DNA of 64,000 nucleotides, taken from NCBI GenBank assembly GCA_013265495.1, contig MU058456.1, positions 310,001 to 374,000 on the forward strand, in the 5' to 3' direction. Each line of letters opens with the position of its first letter. Positions within the stretch are counted from its first letter, which is position 1. Under the pieces are notes generated by a model. That model saw only the letters and a program-made list of their open reading frames with translations, had not been told where the DNA came from and did no database searches. Origin of the DNA: Vicugna vicugna. Lineage: Eukaryota. The position numbers and the translations under genes are program-made. Below, piece by piece: positions 38,008 to 51,100 of this stretch.

Positions 38008-38470
38008 ATGTGACAGATTTGATAAGACATCACACAGATCCCCCTTCAAGGAAGGTCTCACTGCTCAGCTTTGAAGACTGTGATCAGTGGTGGCCACTGG
38101 CTGTTCCTTTGGGGTTGGCCTCAGCTATTGAGCCCAGATCATCACCATCTTGGGGTATCTCCCAGTCAATGCCCGAGCATGTGGATGGTAGTTGAGGGTG
38201 CACTTTTTTCCTGGGTGACTCCCAGCCAATGCGTGAGGAATATGATGGAGCCGTGGCCTAGGTATTTCTGCCCAGTGTCGTAGTCCCTGCTCAGAGTAGC
38301 TTCCTGTTGGGGTGGCCAACAGCTTGTCATGTCTGCACCCCCGTCTGAGAGTTCTCTTTGCCCAATCCTGTTTTCTCCCTTTTCCTTTCACAGGTGTTAC
38401 TCCTCAGGAAGACTTTTGTCCTCCTCTTTCTTGGCATCTTGCTGCTTCCTCATTAGAGAGAGGTCACACA
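38008..38470 (+). mobile_element. ERVL solo LTR, LTR16-like
   Basis: 'cagatcccccttcaagg', 'tcccagccaatg', 'atttctgcccagtg' and 'cccaatcctg...ctttcacaggtgtt'. Confidence 0.75.
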
Positions 38471-38524
38471 TCAGCTAGAGGGGGAGGAACCAGCACGGTA
38501 TCGATGAGTGAGTCAGTGACCGAG

Positions 38525-38864
38525 TACTATGGTCTGAGTCTTTGTGCCTCCAAACTTCATATGTTGAAATCCTAACCCCTAATATGATAGTATTACAAGG
38601 TGGGGACTTCGAGAGGTGATTGATAATAAAATTCATGCCCTAATGAAAGGGGCCCAAGAGAGCTCTCGTCCTTTCTGCCATATGAGAATGCAAGGAGGAG
38701 TCAGCAGTCTGCCGCCTGGAAGAGGGCCTTCACCGCAGCCCAAATGTGATGGCACCCTGATCTGGGGACGTTCAGCCTCCAGAACTGGGAGAGATAAACT
38801 GCTGTTGTTGGCAAGCTGTCCAGTCTGTGGTATTTTGTTATAGCAGCTGGCATGGACTAAGATA
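38525..38864 (+). mobile_element. MaLR solo LTR, MLT1A-like
   Basis: 'ttcatatgttgaaatcctaacccc...cagcctccagaactg...gtattttgttatagcagc...gactaagata'; 5-bp TSD ccgag / ccaag. Confidence 0.92.
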
Positions 38865-39084
38865 CCAAGAATGGGGCAGGGAATGCTACCTTATGTAATG
38901 AGGATCAGAAAAGGCTATGAGGACACATTAGGGGAGACTTGCAGGCAGCCAGGAGACAGCTCCAAGAGCTGGGGTGGTAGGGAAGTGGGTGGTAAAGATA
39001 AACACTGTCTTCCTCTCTACAGGCTCAGGACTGGTTTTATCAGCCAAGGACAGAGATGGAAATAAAGCAGGAATGGAAGTAGCT

Positions 39085-39205
39085 GAATAGTGCTTTACAT
39101 AGGTGACCTTCAACCTTGCAGCAACTCTGCAAGTTCTTTACAAATGAAAAAAAAAAAGAGAGACCCACAGGGGTTAGGTAACTTGCTCAAGCTAGTGAAA
39201 GGTGC
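39085..39205 (-). mobile_element. MIR fragment
   Basis: 'ttacaaatga...acccacaggggttaggtaacttgctcaag'. Confidence 0.6.
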
Positions 39206-41555
39206 AGATCTGTCCAATTACAGATCCCTTGTACTGAGATGTCTTGGAAAGAATGAGATGAAGGTTTATTGCTTTTCTTTGTCTGCTCAGCATCTTTTGC
39301 CTTTGGAGATGGGCTGTCAGTCATGTAGCTCTGCCTTTCCCATCGTGGGGATGAGGGTAGGGAGGGAGAGGCAGGGCTTGGGCTGGCCAATCTAATTACT
39401 CCAAATTCCTGGGCTTAGCAAATTGTCTTGAGAGAGCGTATCAACCAAGGGGGCCAGAGTGTTTTCATAGACTGATATAGATGGAGGGAAAGAGGGTTCT
39501 CTTTCTTCTTACTGGGATTGGAAACAAAAAGATAGTGTAAAGCTGGAGCTAACAGGGACATCTCTCCCACCATTTGGAGAAAGCCTGTCTGAGATGAAGC
39601 CATTGTGATGATAAAATTTGAGGCCACTTTAATATAAGGAAAACATATTCTTTTTTTTGTTTCTTTGAGCTATTTTGATTTGGGTCTCTGCTATTTACTA
39701 TCTGTGTATTTTGGTTAATATTATAGCAGTTACTCAAACTTATCCTGGTGCTAAAACTGATATTGCCTGTGAACAATATTCAGCTGCTAATCAAAAACCA
39801 ATGTAATTTTTCGGGAAAAAAATCTGTTTCTAACAGAGATAGACTAACACTGTTTTCTCAAGGTTTCTTAACAAGAAACAAATTATTACCTTCTATGTGA
39901 GTCAAAAATTGCAACTTAGATTTGTCAAGTTCCTTAATAACTTTATTCTGACATAGAATTTGGGTATTCTTTCAGGGAAATATCTAAATTGTGTAAAAAT
40001 TTGAGCGCTAAAGGAAAATAATTAACATATGGCCATTGGGTAGGAACACTGAATTTCTCAGGGCCTGAGTGAAAAAAGAAAATGAAGGTGTTTTAGATCT
40101 GAAACCTCAGTCTAAAATGGTGCACTTCTTTCTGATAAGTCAAAAGAATGTTACTGTTGGAAACTGCACATTGAAGAGAGATATGAGCAGACATCTGGGA
40201 AGATCGTCCCAGCTCACCCAGGAAATGACTGGTTGGTGCTACAAATAAGACGTGGGCATTTCCAAGTTTCAGCAAGGTGTTTTAGGTGACTACCTGAAAA
40301 GGAAGCCATCAACTTAAGCACAACTACTGTAATCTATAGATCTTCTCTAATCTTGGCAACAGCGGGGTGTAAGGACAAGTCTTCATGATTCGATATGGAG
40401 TATTAAAAAAGGAAGGTTGTTGAGTATTAATCCAGGCCCGTACATGGAATAAAGATACCATCTAAGCCGGAAATCCCAGGCTCCAGTGACTGGCTTCATA
40501 TATGTCTCCAGATTCCTTCAGGCTCCGCTGAGCTGCTGCTTCATGTTTCATTGGCTTCATAGGACAGCTGCATTAACTAGCGGTTAAGGCGATGCCACCC
40601 TCAGGTAAAGGGCCACTGCTTCCCCTCTAGTTTTAAGACCGTATGTCTGAAAAGATCCTTGAAATTGCCTTCGAGCACTTCTTGTTTCAAAGAGTGTGAT
40701 TCCTGCTGTGCACAGCTTACTCCCTGCCCCCAACCCTGCCACCAAAGCTTACTGTGAGAGATGCACTCAGTCCTGGGCTCATTTGCAACGCCCTGCTACC
40801 GTCTGACTACTAACTTGCTTACTTCCCCACGCTCTCTGTTTTCGCCTCTCCCACCCTCCATCACGGCATGGCATGCCACAGCTCATTAATATCATAACAA
40901 ATAATTACATTTAGGCATTTACAGGTACATGTACCTTGTTTTCAGTATTGAGGATATAATGGTGACAAGATAGGCAAATATCTGCCTTTTTACAGTTTAT
41001 ATTCTCTGAATAACTTGCAAGCAAACACAGGTTGATGGGGGGGAACCCCCTCAACTAATTGCCCCAACCCATTCCACAAATACACTTCTCTGTGCCCACA
41101 CACATCTTTCCCCATGTCTTAGTGGAGGAGCTGTCACTCTACCTGTTCAAGGCTAACCTTGCTGCCTGACGTATTGCTCATCCCTTTCTCAAGGCATTTT
41201 CTCCCTTAATCAATTCCTCACTCATGAGTCTTTGCCTTCTCCAATTTCTTATCTAGTTTCCCTTTGCATATAAATATACGCCAAATATACATGGAGGCCT
41301 CCTACAGCCCAGTCTTTGCTGATGTACTGAAAAAAAAAAAAAACAGGGCAATGCAGATGGTGATTGCATGAAAGCAAACACACCTGTACAAATCACAGAA
41401 TATTAAGACTTTTTTCCCTTGCATGTACATTATTAGTTAATCAGTTTTCTAGCACCCTTCTTGAACTGAAGAAAGTTAAACTCTTGGCAAACAGTGATCC
41501 CACAAAGACACTACCACCTGGCAAAGTCTTTCTGAAATAATTAGCTCTTCCCATC

Positions 41556-41927
41556 TGCCTTGGTTCAGGCTGCTATTACAAAATACCATAAACTGGATGG
41601 CTGAAACAATGCATAATTTATTTCTCACAGTTCTGGAGGCTGGAAGTCCAAGGCTGAGGTGCCGTACGACTCAGTGTCTGGCGAGGGCCCTTTTCCTGGT
41701 TTGCAGGTGCCTGCTTTCTTGTACTGTCACACGGTGGGGAGGGAGAGAGCTAACTCTCTGGTCTCTTCTTATAAGGGCACCAGTCCCGTTATGAAGTCTC
41801 CACCCTCACGACCTCATCTAAACCTAATCACCACCCAAAGGCTCCACCACCAAAACCATCACATTGAGGGCTAAGGTTCAACATATGAATTGGGGGAGGG
41901 AGGGACACAAACATTTCATCCGTAGCA
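41556..41927 (-). mobile_element. MaLR solo LTR, MLT1A/B-like
   Basis: 'ggctgctattacaaaataccataaactgg...ttctcacagttctggaggctggaagtccaag...gacacaaacatt...tagca'. Confidence 0.92.
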
Positions 41928-41934
41928 CCGTTTC

Positions 41935-42335
41935 CTGGTAATTCTGCCTAAACTTGCTTTGTACATATTGAGACTATGTTGTCAAATGCATATTAATTCA
42001 AAAAAATTATATTTTCCTTTTATCAGAGCATAATGGCCTGTTTTATCCCTAATATTACTGCCTTAAAGTTTATTTGTCTGACAACAATATTTTCACATGT
42101 CTTTTCTATCACTATTTCCTTGATATATCATTTCAATCTTTGTAAACCATCTGTGTTATTAAGGTCTAGGTGTGACTTTTAAATACCTTATAATTTACTT
42201 GGGTTTAGTTGTTATAATTTAAAAAATATAAGCTGAGAACTCCTGTTTTTTAAATAAGGAAATTTAACCCATTTGATGCAATTTCTGGTGTATCTGAATT
42301 GGTTTCTGCCTGTTATTTTGTGTTTTCCCACATAT
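41935..42335 (-). mobile_element. Old L1 fragment (endonuclease region)
   Basis: 'tgccttaaagtttatttgtctgacaacaatat' and 'gaaatttaacccattt'. Confidence 0.7.
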
Positions 42336-42338
42336 CAT

Positions 42339-43182
42339 TCTCAGCAAGCACCTCATCTGGTCATGGTTTTTTGTCAGTGGAGTGACCCAAAACTTCATTT
42401 TTGAAGGATGTCAGTCATTAGTAGTCCTTCTTGGATTGGGTTGTTGAAGTTTTCCATTGACTTTAATCACAGGATGTGGCAATGCTAAGAGATGTCCTAA
42501 GGGACCTCCTGTATTCCAGCTGCTCTTCCTTACCTCCACTGTGGCATAGCAATCCAGTTACTCGTTGGTGGTGAGGATCAGTCACCCCAGCCAGCACAGT
42601 AGCTCTCTTTTTGCCTAATGAATTAGAGGCATGAATTGCCCGAGTGTCTGGTTGGCAGTCTTAAATTCTAGTTCAGTGTAATCACTGTTGTGTCTCCTGG
42701 TGGAAAAATTCCTTATTTTGGAACTAAAAATTCTGGGCCGTCAAAGCATCAGGTTGCAGGGACAGAAAGCAAAAAATTTGCTAGTCGGTCACTAGGGGTA
42801 ACAGTGAGAAATGTCATTTCCATTTCTACCCCTTGATTCCCAGACCCATAAATCCTGGCTGTAGGAGAAAAAGTACCATACTTTAGACACTGATTTGGAG
42901 CATAGACAATCTCCTAGAGAACCTTGCCCCAGCCCAAGGTACTGCCATCTGCCTGGTGCTGGAATTGAATCTTCAAAAGGCCATTCCCTTTTTCTATCAA
43001 GCCAGGTGCTTCAAGATGGTGGGGACCATGTTAAGACCAGTGAATTCATGAGTATGGGCCCACTGCTGTACTTTATTGTTGTGAAGTGATTTACTAACAC
43101 CATGACAGTAGATAAGTCCACGGATGGTAGTTTGGGCAGAAGCAACGAATGCAGAGAAGACAAATCTGTATCCATAGTGTCT
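42339..43182 (-). mobile_element. ERV-L internal pol fragment (integrase core to C-terminal dUTPase-like region), decayed
   Basis: Minus-strand peptides YGYRFVFSAFVASAQTTIRGL, KVQQWAH, ARIYGSGNQGVEM, PPGDTT and MKFWVTP match ERV-L pol; stops and frameshifts present. Confidence 0.9.
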
Positions 43183-44744
43183 CTCTTTGCATTTTTTCCT
43201 AACACACAATGTACTAAGTCACTTCTCCTTTCTAAAACTGTGTATAATCATGAACGCAGTTACCAAAAATAAACTGGCACTTTGGAGAGCTCATGAATGA
43301 ATTAACAGTATTTAAAAACGAAGAAAAATGTAATAAACCTTTTATAACACCACTGAACCCACGAAAGTATTGAAGAATTTATATTCCAGAAATTAACCTG
43401 GGATGACAGAAGTGATTGAGTAAAACCCTTCCAAACATACACTCCTTCCCCCTTGTACTAAACATAGCCATCGTGTAAAAGGAAACACCAGTGGCCCATA
43501 TTTTAAACTAAAGCACACACTGCTTTTAGTGAAAAAAAAAAAAGCCAAGTCATTTAAAGCAGCTAATTAAAACGCCATTTAAGCAATTACAATGGGTAAC
43601 AGGATCATAAAATCGTTAGCAAAGTAGAAGCTTGTCACTGAAGCTTCCGTATGATCTTATTGACCAGAAGGAGACTAGTCAGCTTTATAGACATCAGACA
43701 ACGATGTCTCCAAACGCCATTAGGTCCTCATATTTCAGTGTCCTAGTTTTTTCTGAGAGGTACTAGAGCCAAAAAGAAAAAGCTATGGTAAGAAAAATAG
43801 GCTATGACCTATGGTAAAAACTGATCTGAAGTTTAGGCATAGAAACTTGTTCTGTGTATATAAGCCACCTCGGCTGAGTACCTACTGAATACTTACACGT
43901 TGGTGTTTTGCAGCTACTCTGGGGAAGGACAGAAGAGGTATTAAATGCTAGGAGATGCTTTAGCCAAGTTGAAGAGGCTTAGACATATGATAATGAAGGA
44001 CCAGGGCAGTGTGTTTTACAGGGCGATTTCATGCAGTACCAACTATTAGGGGATCAGTGCCTTCGACGCGACAAAGTACCGAGCAGATGTGAGAGGCAGG
44101 GGCTGCAGCAGGTGTCAGGGAATTGTGAGATGCTGACCAATAGGGCTCCTCACCCTTAGTAGCTCTGGACACCTGTGATGAACTTACATCCAGAAATATG
44201 ATGTATTATTTAGTTCCAATTTGGATAAAGTCTTTTTATCATTTAAACCCACCCAGTTGTTAGGGTTGCCTGGAGTGAGATCTTCGAGGAGGCTTAGCCC
44301 TCCTTCTTCCTTTATAAGTTCCATGCCTGTGAGGGTTCTTATTCTTTCTCTGGCTCTAAGGACGTACCTATGGGGCCAGACACCTCATGGTGGGATAAAG
44401 TGTGAAAGTTCAGGGGGGCCTCGGGTGCAGCACATACCTCGGTACCTGCTCCTTGCTGGTGGCGTTCTCCCCAGCTCTGGACCCAGAGGTCCCCACCTGT
44501 GCCTCGTCCATTCTGCCTTTCCTGTTCTCCGAATGCCTGACTGTGGAGGCTGGCCTCCTGCTTCCAGTTCTGCCTCCTTCCCTTGACAGTCTTTGTGGTT
44601 TCTCTGACCTGCGATACCAACGGATCTTTGATGTTGGTGGGACTCTGAGTCCTAAACACCTCTGACTCCTGAATCCACTATCCCCTGGATTATTTCACTT
44701 TGATCAACTGCTAGAGGAAGAAAACCCTTTAAGTGACCACCCTC

Positions 44745-44920
44745 AGGGGACCAGTGTTGGCACTCTGCTCGACTCTGCCTTCACACATGGTCCTTCCTCA
44801 GGCTCCTGTCCTCAGCCCACTTCTTTTCTCAGCTCCAGCCTCTCTCCCTGGACAATCTCATTCACCTCTATGGCCTCTACCTCCATGTTTTCTCTGATGA
44901 ACCCCCCAGCCCCTCCTCCA
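44745..44920 (+). mobile_element. L2 fragment
   Basis: 'ctgtcctcagcccacttcttttctc...ctccctggacaatctcattcac'. Confidence 0.65.
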
Positions 44921-44949
44921 GGATTCAGAGTATTGGCTGGCCTGGGATC

Positions 44950-45340
44950 TCAGCTCTAAGCCATTAAGCCACAGAGGCAGACTCGAGCCGCTACGTGGAT
45001 TATCAAAGAGACATTATGTAGCTCTCAGAATTGTTGGAAAATGGGCTGGAAGAAAGGGAGGCCAAAGCTAAGCCACATTATCAAAGGAGGTCCCTGCTGC
45101 CCCAGGCAGTGGACACTACCGTTTTCGTTATCAGTGCTGGTCCTGGGAAAATGATGTCATCGCCACCTCCAGAATGTATTCCCCACTGTCCTTGTTTCTT
45201 TGAGTCACACATTCCCAATTTAAAGTCTCAAGTGGGTGCATTTAATGGGTCAACCCTAGATCAATGTGTACATATCCCACTTGTAAGGGGGCTGGAGGAT
45301 ACATACTTGGCCTTTTAAGATTTTATAGTGGGGCATGGGC
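44950..45340 (-). mobile_element. Degraded LTR, probably ERVL class
   Basis: 'ggtgcatttaatgggtcaaccctagatcaatgtg' resembles an ERVL LTR core; interrupts the L2. Confidence 0.35.
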
Positions 45341-45489
45341 TGTCCCTCACTGAGACTCACTCACTGGAGAACCTCCCACCTACACAAAGCAGGAGACATG
45401 GACAGTAGAAAAAAATAAGGAAGAGAGGGTTAGGAAGGATGATCAAATAAAGGGAAAACAAGCAGATAGCCACCACAGAGCCGTTTGTC

Positions 45490-45850
45490 CAATTTCCCCT
45501 TGTACTTCATTAGATCATCTACAAACACCTCAAATCTGTGTGTCCAAAGGTGAAGTCTCCATTATTCACCCCAAATTACACGTCCTACTCTCTTTCCTTT
45601 CTTGGTTTCTAATGGCACTCATTCATCCAGCCACTCTAGTGCCTAAACTCAGAGTTACTCTCCCCTTTCTTTGTAAAGCCACTGGCCATCAAATCCTATG
45701 GATTAGACACCATAAATGTTTCTGAAATGCATCTCCTCTTCTGAAATCCCACTGTGGTTTACAGCAGATCCGAAATTCATCATTCCTGGTCTAGATGACA
45801 CCAGCGCTGCCTAACTCTTCCCCCGGCCTGTAGCATCACTCTGTGGCCTT
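45490..45850 (+). mobile_element. L2 continuation
   Basis: 'cacctcaaatctgtgtgtccaaag...aatggcactcattcatccag...tcctggtctagatgac'. Confidence 0.7.
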
Positions 45851-46214
45851 GCCACAGCTGCCGTCCCATTTGTTAAGGGATTATTTTGACTGTCTGGCCC
45901 TCCCCATTTTCTAGTTCTACTTTCCTCAACTTTGTGAATGCACCTCTTCGGTCATCTAAAAGTAGAACAGTGAGAGAACCACCTCTGAATAAGTGGAATT
46001 AAGTTGTATCGTCACAGCTCAGATTACCGCCACCTGCCCTTTCTGACTCTGAGATCAGGAATCTATGGAGCCATGGTGCTCCCCTGCAAAACGGGCTCTA
46101 GGGGAAGATTAAGCTGAAAGGGAAAGATGAGAGGCCAAATATATCAAATTTCTTAGCAGTGCTAGACCTGGACTATAACATGGTGCTTCTTCTCATTGTT
46201 GAGCTAAGGTTGCA

Positions 46215-46770
46215 GAAACAGCTTCCTAGATGGTGGGCCATACCTCCTAGTAGAGATCCTTTAATGATTCCAGAGCATTGAACCTGGGCTGCACCTGTGC
46301 CTCACTTTATTCAATAGAATTCTGCAGAAATGACCTTATGCTAATCCTGGGACTAAATCTTGGGAGGACTTGGCAGCCTCCACTTCTGTGCTTTTGGGAA
46401 TCCTGAGCTGCCAAATTAAAACTGTGGCTACTCTGCTGGAGAAATCACATGGGGACACGTGGAGAGACTGTATGGAGAGGGACAGGCCTGGAGATGACAC
46501 GGGAAGATAGGGAGCACCCAACTGTCCCAGTATCCTAGCTGGACCCAGTCTGCTAGCTGTCTCCACCAAGGCACCAGTCATAGGAGACAGCTTGGATTTT
46601 CCAGGTCAGTCAAGTCCACACATGACCATGGCCCCAGCTGACACGATGAAGAACAGAATTTCCCAGATGAGCCCAGTCAACCCACTGACTCGTGAGGGTA
46701 ATAGACGGTTTTTATTTAAAAGCCACTGTTTGGAAGCGGTTCCTTGTACAGCAACAGATAACTGAAACAG
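46215..46770 (+). mobile_element. MaLR solo LTR, MLT1G/H-like
   Basis: 'cccagatgagcccagtcaaccca...aagccactg...tacagcaacagataactgaaaca'. Confidence 0.85.
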
Positions 46771-47290
46771 GGGTCATTGATTATATGTGTGGTCATGTTT
46801 AATTATTCATTATTTAATTAGCTGAACTCCACTTTCAGGCATTTAGTATGTTTTTCTGTGGATTAATACTAGCTATTCAATACTGAATCTCTCTAGTTCA
46901 CAGTCAGCACAAGACTCTAACTTTTTTTTTTTAAGATGGACTCATTTGATAGCCTTTATCAATATTTGAAGCCCAGAAAATCACACACAGAACAAACCCA
47001 CAAGCTTCAGGCTATAAATTGAGCTGGCCGGATTCCTCTTGCTCTTTTCTCCATCAGACTTAGCATCACACAATTACCTTGGCCCATGAAGACTGTTGTT
47101 CAAGCCCTGCCCTAGATTGATCTGAAATTCCTTTGGCGAAAAATAAGGAACATGACAGGCAGAAGAGGAATACAATTTTAATTTGGAGAAATTTTTATGA
47201 AGTAAGTGGAAAGTAAAATCAAATAATGTCTATTATATTTAAAGATGCTAACATTTGACCCACTGATAGCAGGGAATGAACCCTGTATTA

Positions 47291-47711
47291 TGTTGACACT
47301 GTATCCCCCTTACATAGACTAGTGTTGTCACTGGGAAGCAGCTGCCTGGCCAGGGACTACATTTCCTAGTACCTTCTGCATCTAGATGCGGCCAGGTGAC
47401 TAGTTCTTACCAGTGGAATAGCAGAAGTGATGTCTGATGAGCCAAGGCTTTTTAAAAGTCATGATGCCTTTTCCATGACCTCTGTCCCCTTGTGCTAGCT
47501 GGATATAAATGACTTCATGGCCTTGGGGGAAGGCAGAACTCCCAGATGGAAGAAGCCTACATGTGTGAGTCATGGCAAGGAACAGGGTCATTTGCCAACT
47601 AGGAACACACACTATCAAAAGTTACGTGGGAGAAGTGCATTTGTGTTGTGTACGAGCTTTCAAAAACGAGGTTTATTTGTTACAGCAGCTAGCCTTCCCC
47701 TAGTGAATATA
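47291..47711 (+). mobile_element. MaLR solo LTR, MLT1I/J-like
   Basis: 'gactacatttcctagtaccttctgcatctagatgcggccaggtgactagttct' and 'tttgttacagcagctagcc'. Confidence 0.85.
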
Positions 47712-47789
47712 GTTGTTCCTTCACTGAAAATCCATTTAATTTTTTTCATGGCTCAGATCATTACTAGTTTTGAAATTATGGATATGTCC

Positions 47790-48175
47790 ATTTATTCCCT
47801 TTAGCCTCTGTCATCCTAGCTATAAAATGGAGCTAACAGTATGCACTTCATAGGATTATTGTCATTATTACAATATCTCATATCTCATTTATTGAGCTTT
47901 AACATGTGCCAGGCCCTGTGCTAGGAACTTTACATAATTTATCTCACTGAATCATCCCAATAATCCTATGAAGTAAGTTCCATTGATCTTCATGTTTCTC
48001 AGGTTAGGAAACAGGAGCTTAGAGAGGTTAAGCACGTTTCTAATGTTACATCCTAGTAATGGCAGAGTCAGGATTTCAACCAAGGCAGCCTGACTTCAGA
48101 GGTCACATGTCTAAGCACTAGGCTGCTCTGATTCGGACCAGCACAAAGCCTGACACATAATAAATGCACTATAAA
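47790..48175. mobile_element. Nested MIR elements (minus MIR at about 47880-48130 inside a plus MIR)
   Basis: 'ctataaaatggagctaacag...cttcataggattattg' | 'atttattgagc...tgtgccaggc...aggagcttagagaggttaag' | 'cctgacacataataaatgc'. Confidence 0.75.
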
Positions 48176-51100
48176 CATGAATTTTATTTTCCTTCCACTT
48201 CAAGGAAAGAAGCATTACAGACTTAAGAATAAATGTGTCCATTTTGGGCTAGGTGCACAACACACACAAGCACACAGACACAAACTTGTGCAGCCTTACT
48301 TTTATTCACATTCGTTTTCAGCTTGGTGTGTTCAAATTAGAAGTAAGCTGGAATTTACTTGTGTTCTTTGCCAGCATTGCATACATAGGTCCTCTCAATG
48401 GAGAATGTTGTTATTTTGTACTCACAGCCCAACTGCAGCTGCATGATCAAAAGGAGTAGCAAGAACACGGAAGAAATGAATTCTAAATGGCTAATGCATT
48501 TTAAAGTTGCTTGTGAAACATTCATATTATCGACCTGCTCATGGAAATTAACAGAAAACCCAGCTCAGGATGGACATGACCACAGAAAGTGCAGGAATGC
48601 TGGGTCACTTAATATACCACATATTTCTTGATGCAAACTAGTTTAAAGCATCCAATCTGAGGTGTATCTTAAAAATAGACTGACTTTTATAGTTGCGGTC
48701 ATGTGGCATTTTATAAAGCTGAAATACTTAGAAAAATTACAAACCATAATAGGAGTATTACTGCTTTCTCTAAAGTCATACCAGCTATTATTAGATTATC
48801 TACAGAACCAAGCTCAGTAAAGGTGCAGAAAAAGGTGCAGCCGTCTTGCCCATTCTAATTGCTGTACCAAGAGTAATTTGTCTTCTGGGCTTTGGAGCTG
48901 CTGAACCGCTTTCTTCTTTCGCCTGAAGTTTCATCAAGGCAATATGCTTAATCAATGTTTGCTGATGTTTATGGTCTAATGCTTACTGACAGCAGGTGCA
49001 AAAAAAAAGAGGAAATCCCCATCTGCATAAGAACCTTCCTTAAATTCCCTAACATGCTGTTTAGCTGTAATTTTAGGAGACAGGTGATTTTTCATGGCAT
49101 CTTCGTGAGTCGCTTTCCCCTCCATAGCTGGCTCCATTTTCCTACCTGCTGTTCCCAGAAGCTGTGCTCTTACTTGTACCACCATGTGGTAGTTCCTTTC
49201 TGGCTAATCTGATTAGCTTGTTGATGAACTCTCCTTAGCGCTTGGTTCCCATGGCCTGGCCCAGGAAATGGACCCTATCCCTGAGTCATTTAGAAGCAGT
49301 CGTTAATTCATCAGTTAAGCCAACATAGAGGTGAGCTATGGGACTGACCCTTTCAGACAACAGCCGTGACCCTAAAATAGCTTCCTAGGCCCAGAGGATC
49401 TATTTGCAATGGTATACAATGCAAGGAAATTGAACTGAGGGAGGTCATTTAACCTTAATGATAGTCCCTTGGCTAATTATCCATCAAGGCCCTGGAAATG
49501 TGCATCTAACTACAGCCCCCTCCTCATGATTTGTTTACTGAAGCAAAGGTGGTGGCTCATCTTTCTGCTCCCCATTAGGGCAGGGTAGTTTGTAAACTGA
49601 AGACAGAGTACAAAGCTCCAGGCAGGAAATTTTTCATTTTGGCCTCTGCATTTCATTTGGCTTACGATTCTTTTCAGGCACAGGACACAGATTATTATTC
49701 ATTTCTGCTGAGAAGGAGAGACGAGGAAGAGGGCCTGGCCTCCTGGAGAGACTCCTGTTGACCATTCTGAGTTACCTGTGTTTCCAGGTCTGTTCCTATT
49801 TTACCAATATGCAAGGTCGCACTGAAACTCATATGAGCACTGATGTAGATTTAAAATTTTAAAGTACTACACAAAGTTAAGGCATTATTTTACTCTGTAG
49901 AACTAAAATTTCAGTAGCACATGCATGGACTACAGGTGTCTTTGAATCTCAGGAAGCTACAATAAAAGCAGCAGAACTGAATCACAACATTAAATGGCTG
50001 TTCAGTTAGCTTGCTCTTAAGATGTGGAAAATACACAGCTGCCCTAAGCAGAAGCCCTCCAAAGATTCCCTGAGGATATGATAGACATTTAAAAATGTAA
50101 CCTACTTGTGTGCAATATAATACCATTGCTTCTCTACCACTGCAGCTCTCCTCCCACCCCTACCCCCTACACACACATTATTTCTAAAACACTACCTGAA
50201 GATCTTGCTAAATCAGCTTAAAAGATACGAAAAAAGAGAAAAGGGGATGGAGAGTGGAAATCATGCCCCTCAGGGACGTTCAGAGGTCAGACATAAAACA
50301 GCAAGCAAGAGAGAGTTAAACAAAGCCTAGTGAGAAATTTCAAAACAGGATGCATCAGAACCAACAGAAATAAATTCAAGATCAATTGTGTCAGCAGATC
50401 AAAGACAAGACCCAGCCCAGTGAAGAGTATTAGCTATCATCAGGGGAGACGCACCCTTCTTGCTAGTGTGAAATAGACACTGCTTCTATATGGTGAGCAG
50501 GCTGGCTTCTGAGTAAAGATAATCAAACTGAGCAAAACGGATGCATTTACCCATAGATTGGGGTTAGGAACTGAGGAAACAGTATATTAGCTTTGTAAAT
50601 GATATTCTAGAGAGCTGAGGTGCTAGAGATTTTAGAAGCTAGAGGTCATCATCCTCTTCAGAGGCGCTGTTCTACCTCAACAAACTATCCCATCGACAGG
50701 TATTCTGTAGGAAGATTTCCTCTGACTGCTTCAGTGAATAACCCTTAGTGCTTTTCTGGCAGATAAGCAAAAAACCTGTTCCTCCATTTTAATTTAGCAG
50801 ACTTAAATAAATGTACTGTTGGCTGAGAATCAGGAGCATGGAGTGATGGTAACAGTCCTGGTGGAAAGACTTGGCAGGAGCAGCTGCACAGATTTGTCCA
50901 GACTCTATTTAGAGACCTGCATGAGACGGAGGGTGATAGACTGCCAGTACTCTGTCTAGCTGCCAGGAGTCTATATTCATCTCAATACCAGAACATTTAA
51001 AACAATGCTCAAAATGAAACGTTCATGCAGTACGCATGATAAGCATACCTAGATAAGCAAAAATGTTACCAAGTAGGACTATGAAGTCGATGTCTTCTGA

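Noticed and set aside
50840..51000. Protein-looking frame (WQEQLHRFVQTLFRDLHETEGDRLPVLCL) considered as an endogenous viral element
   Set aside because: Short, flanked by stops, with no viral motif I recognise. A TBLASTX search would be needed.
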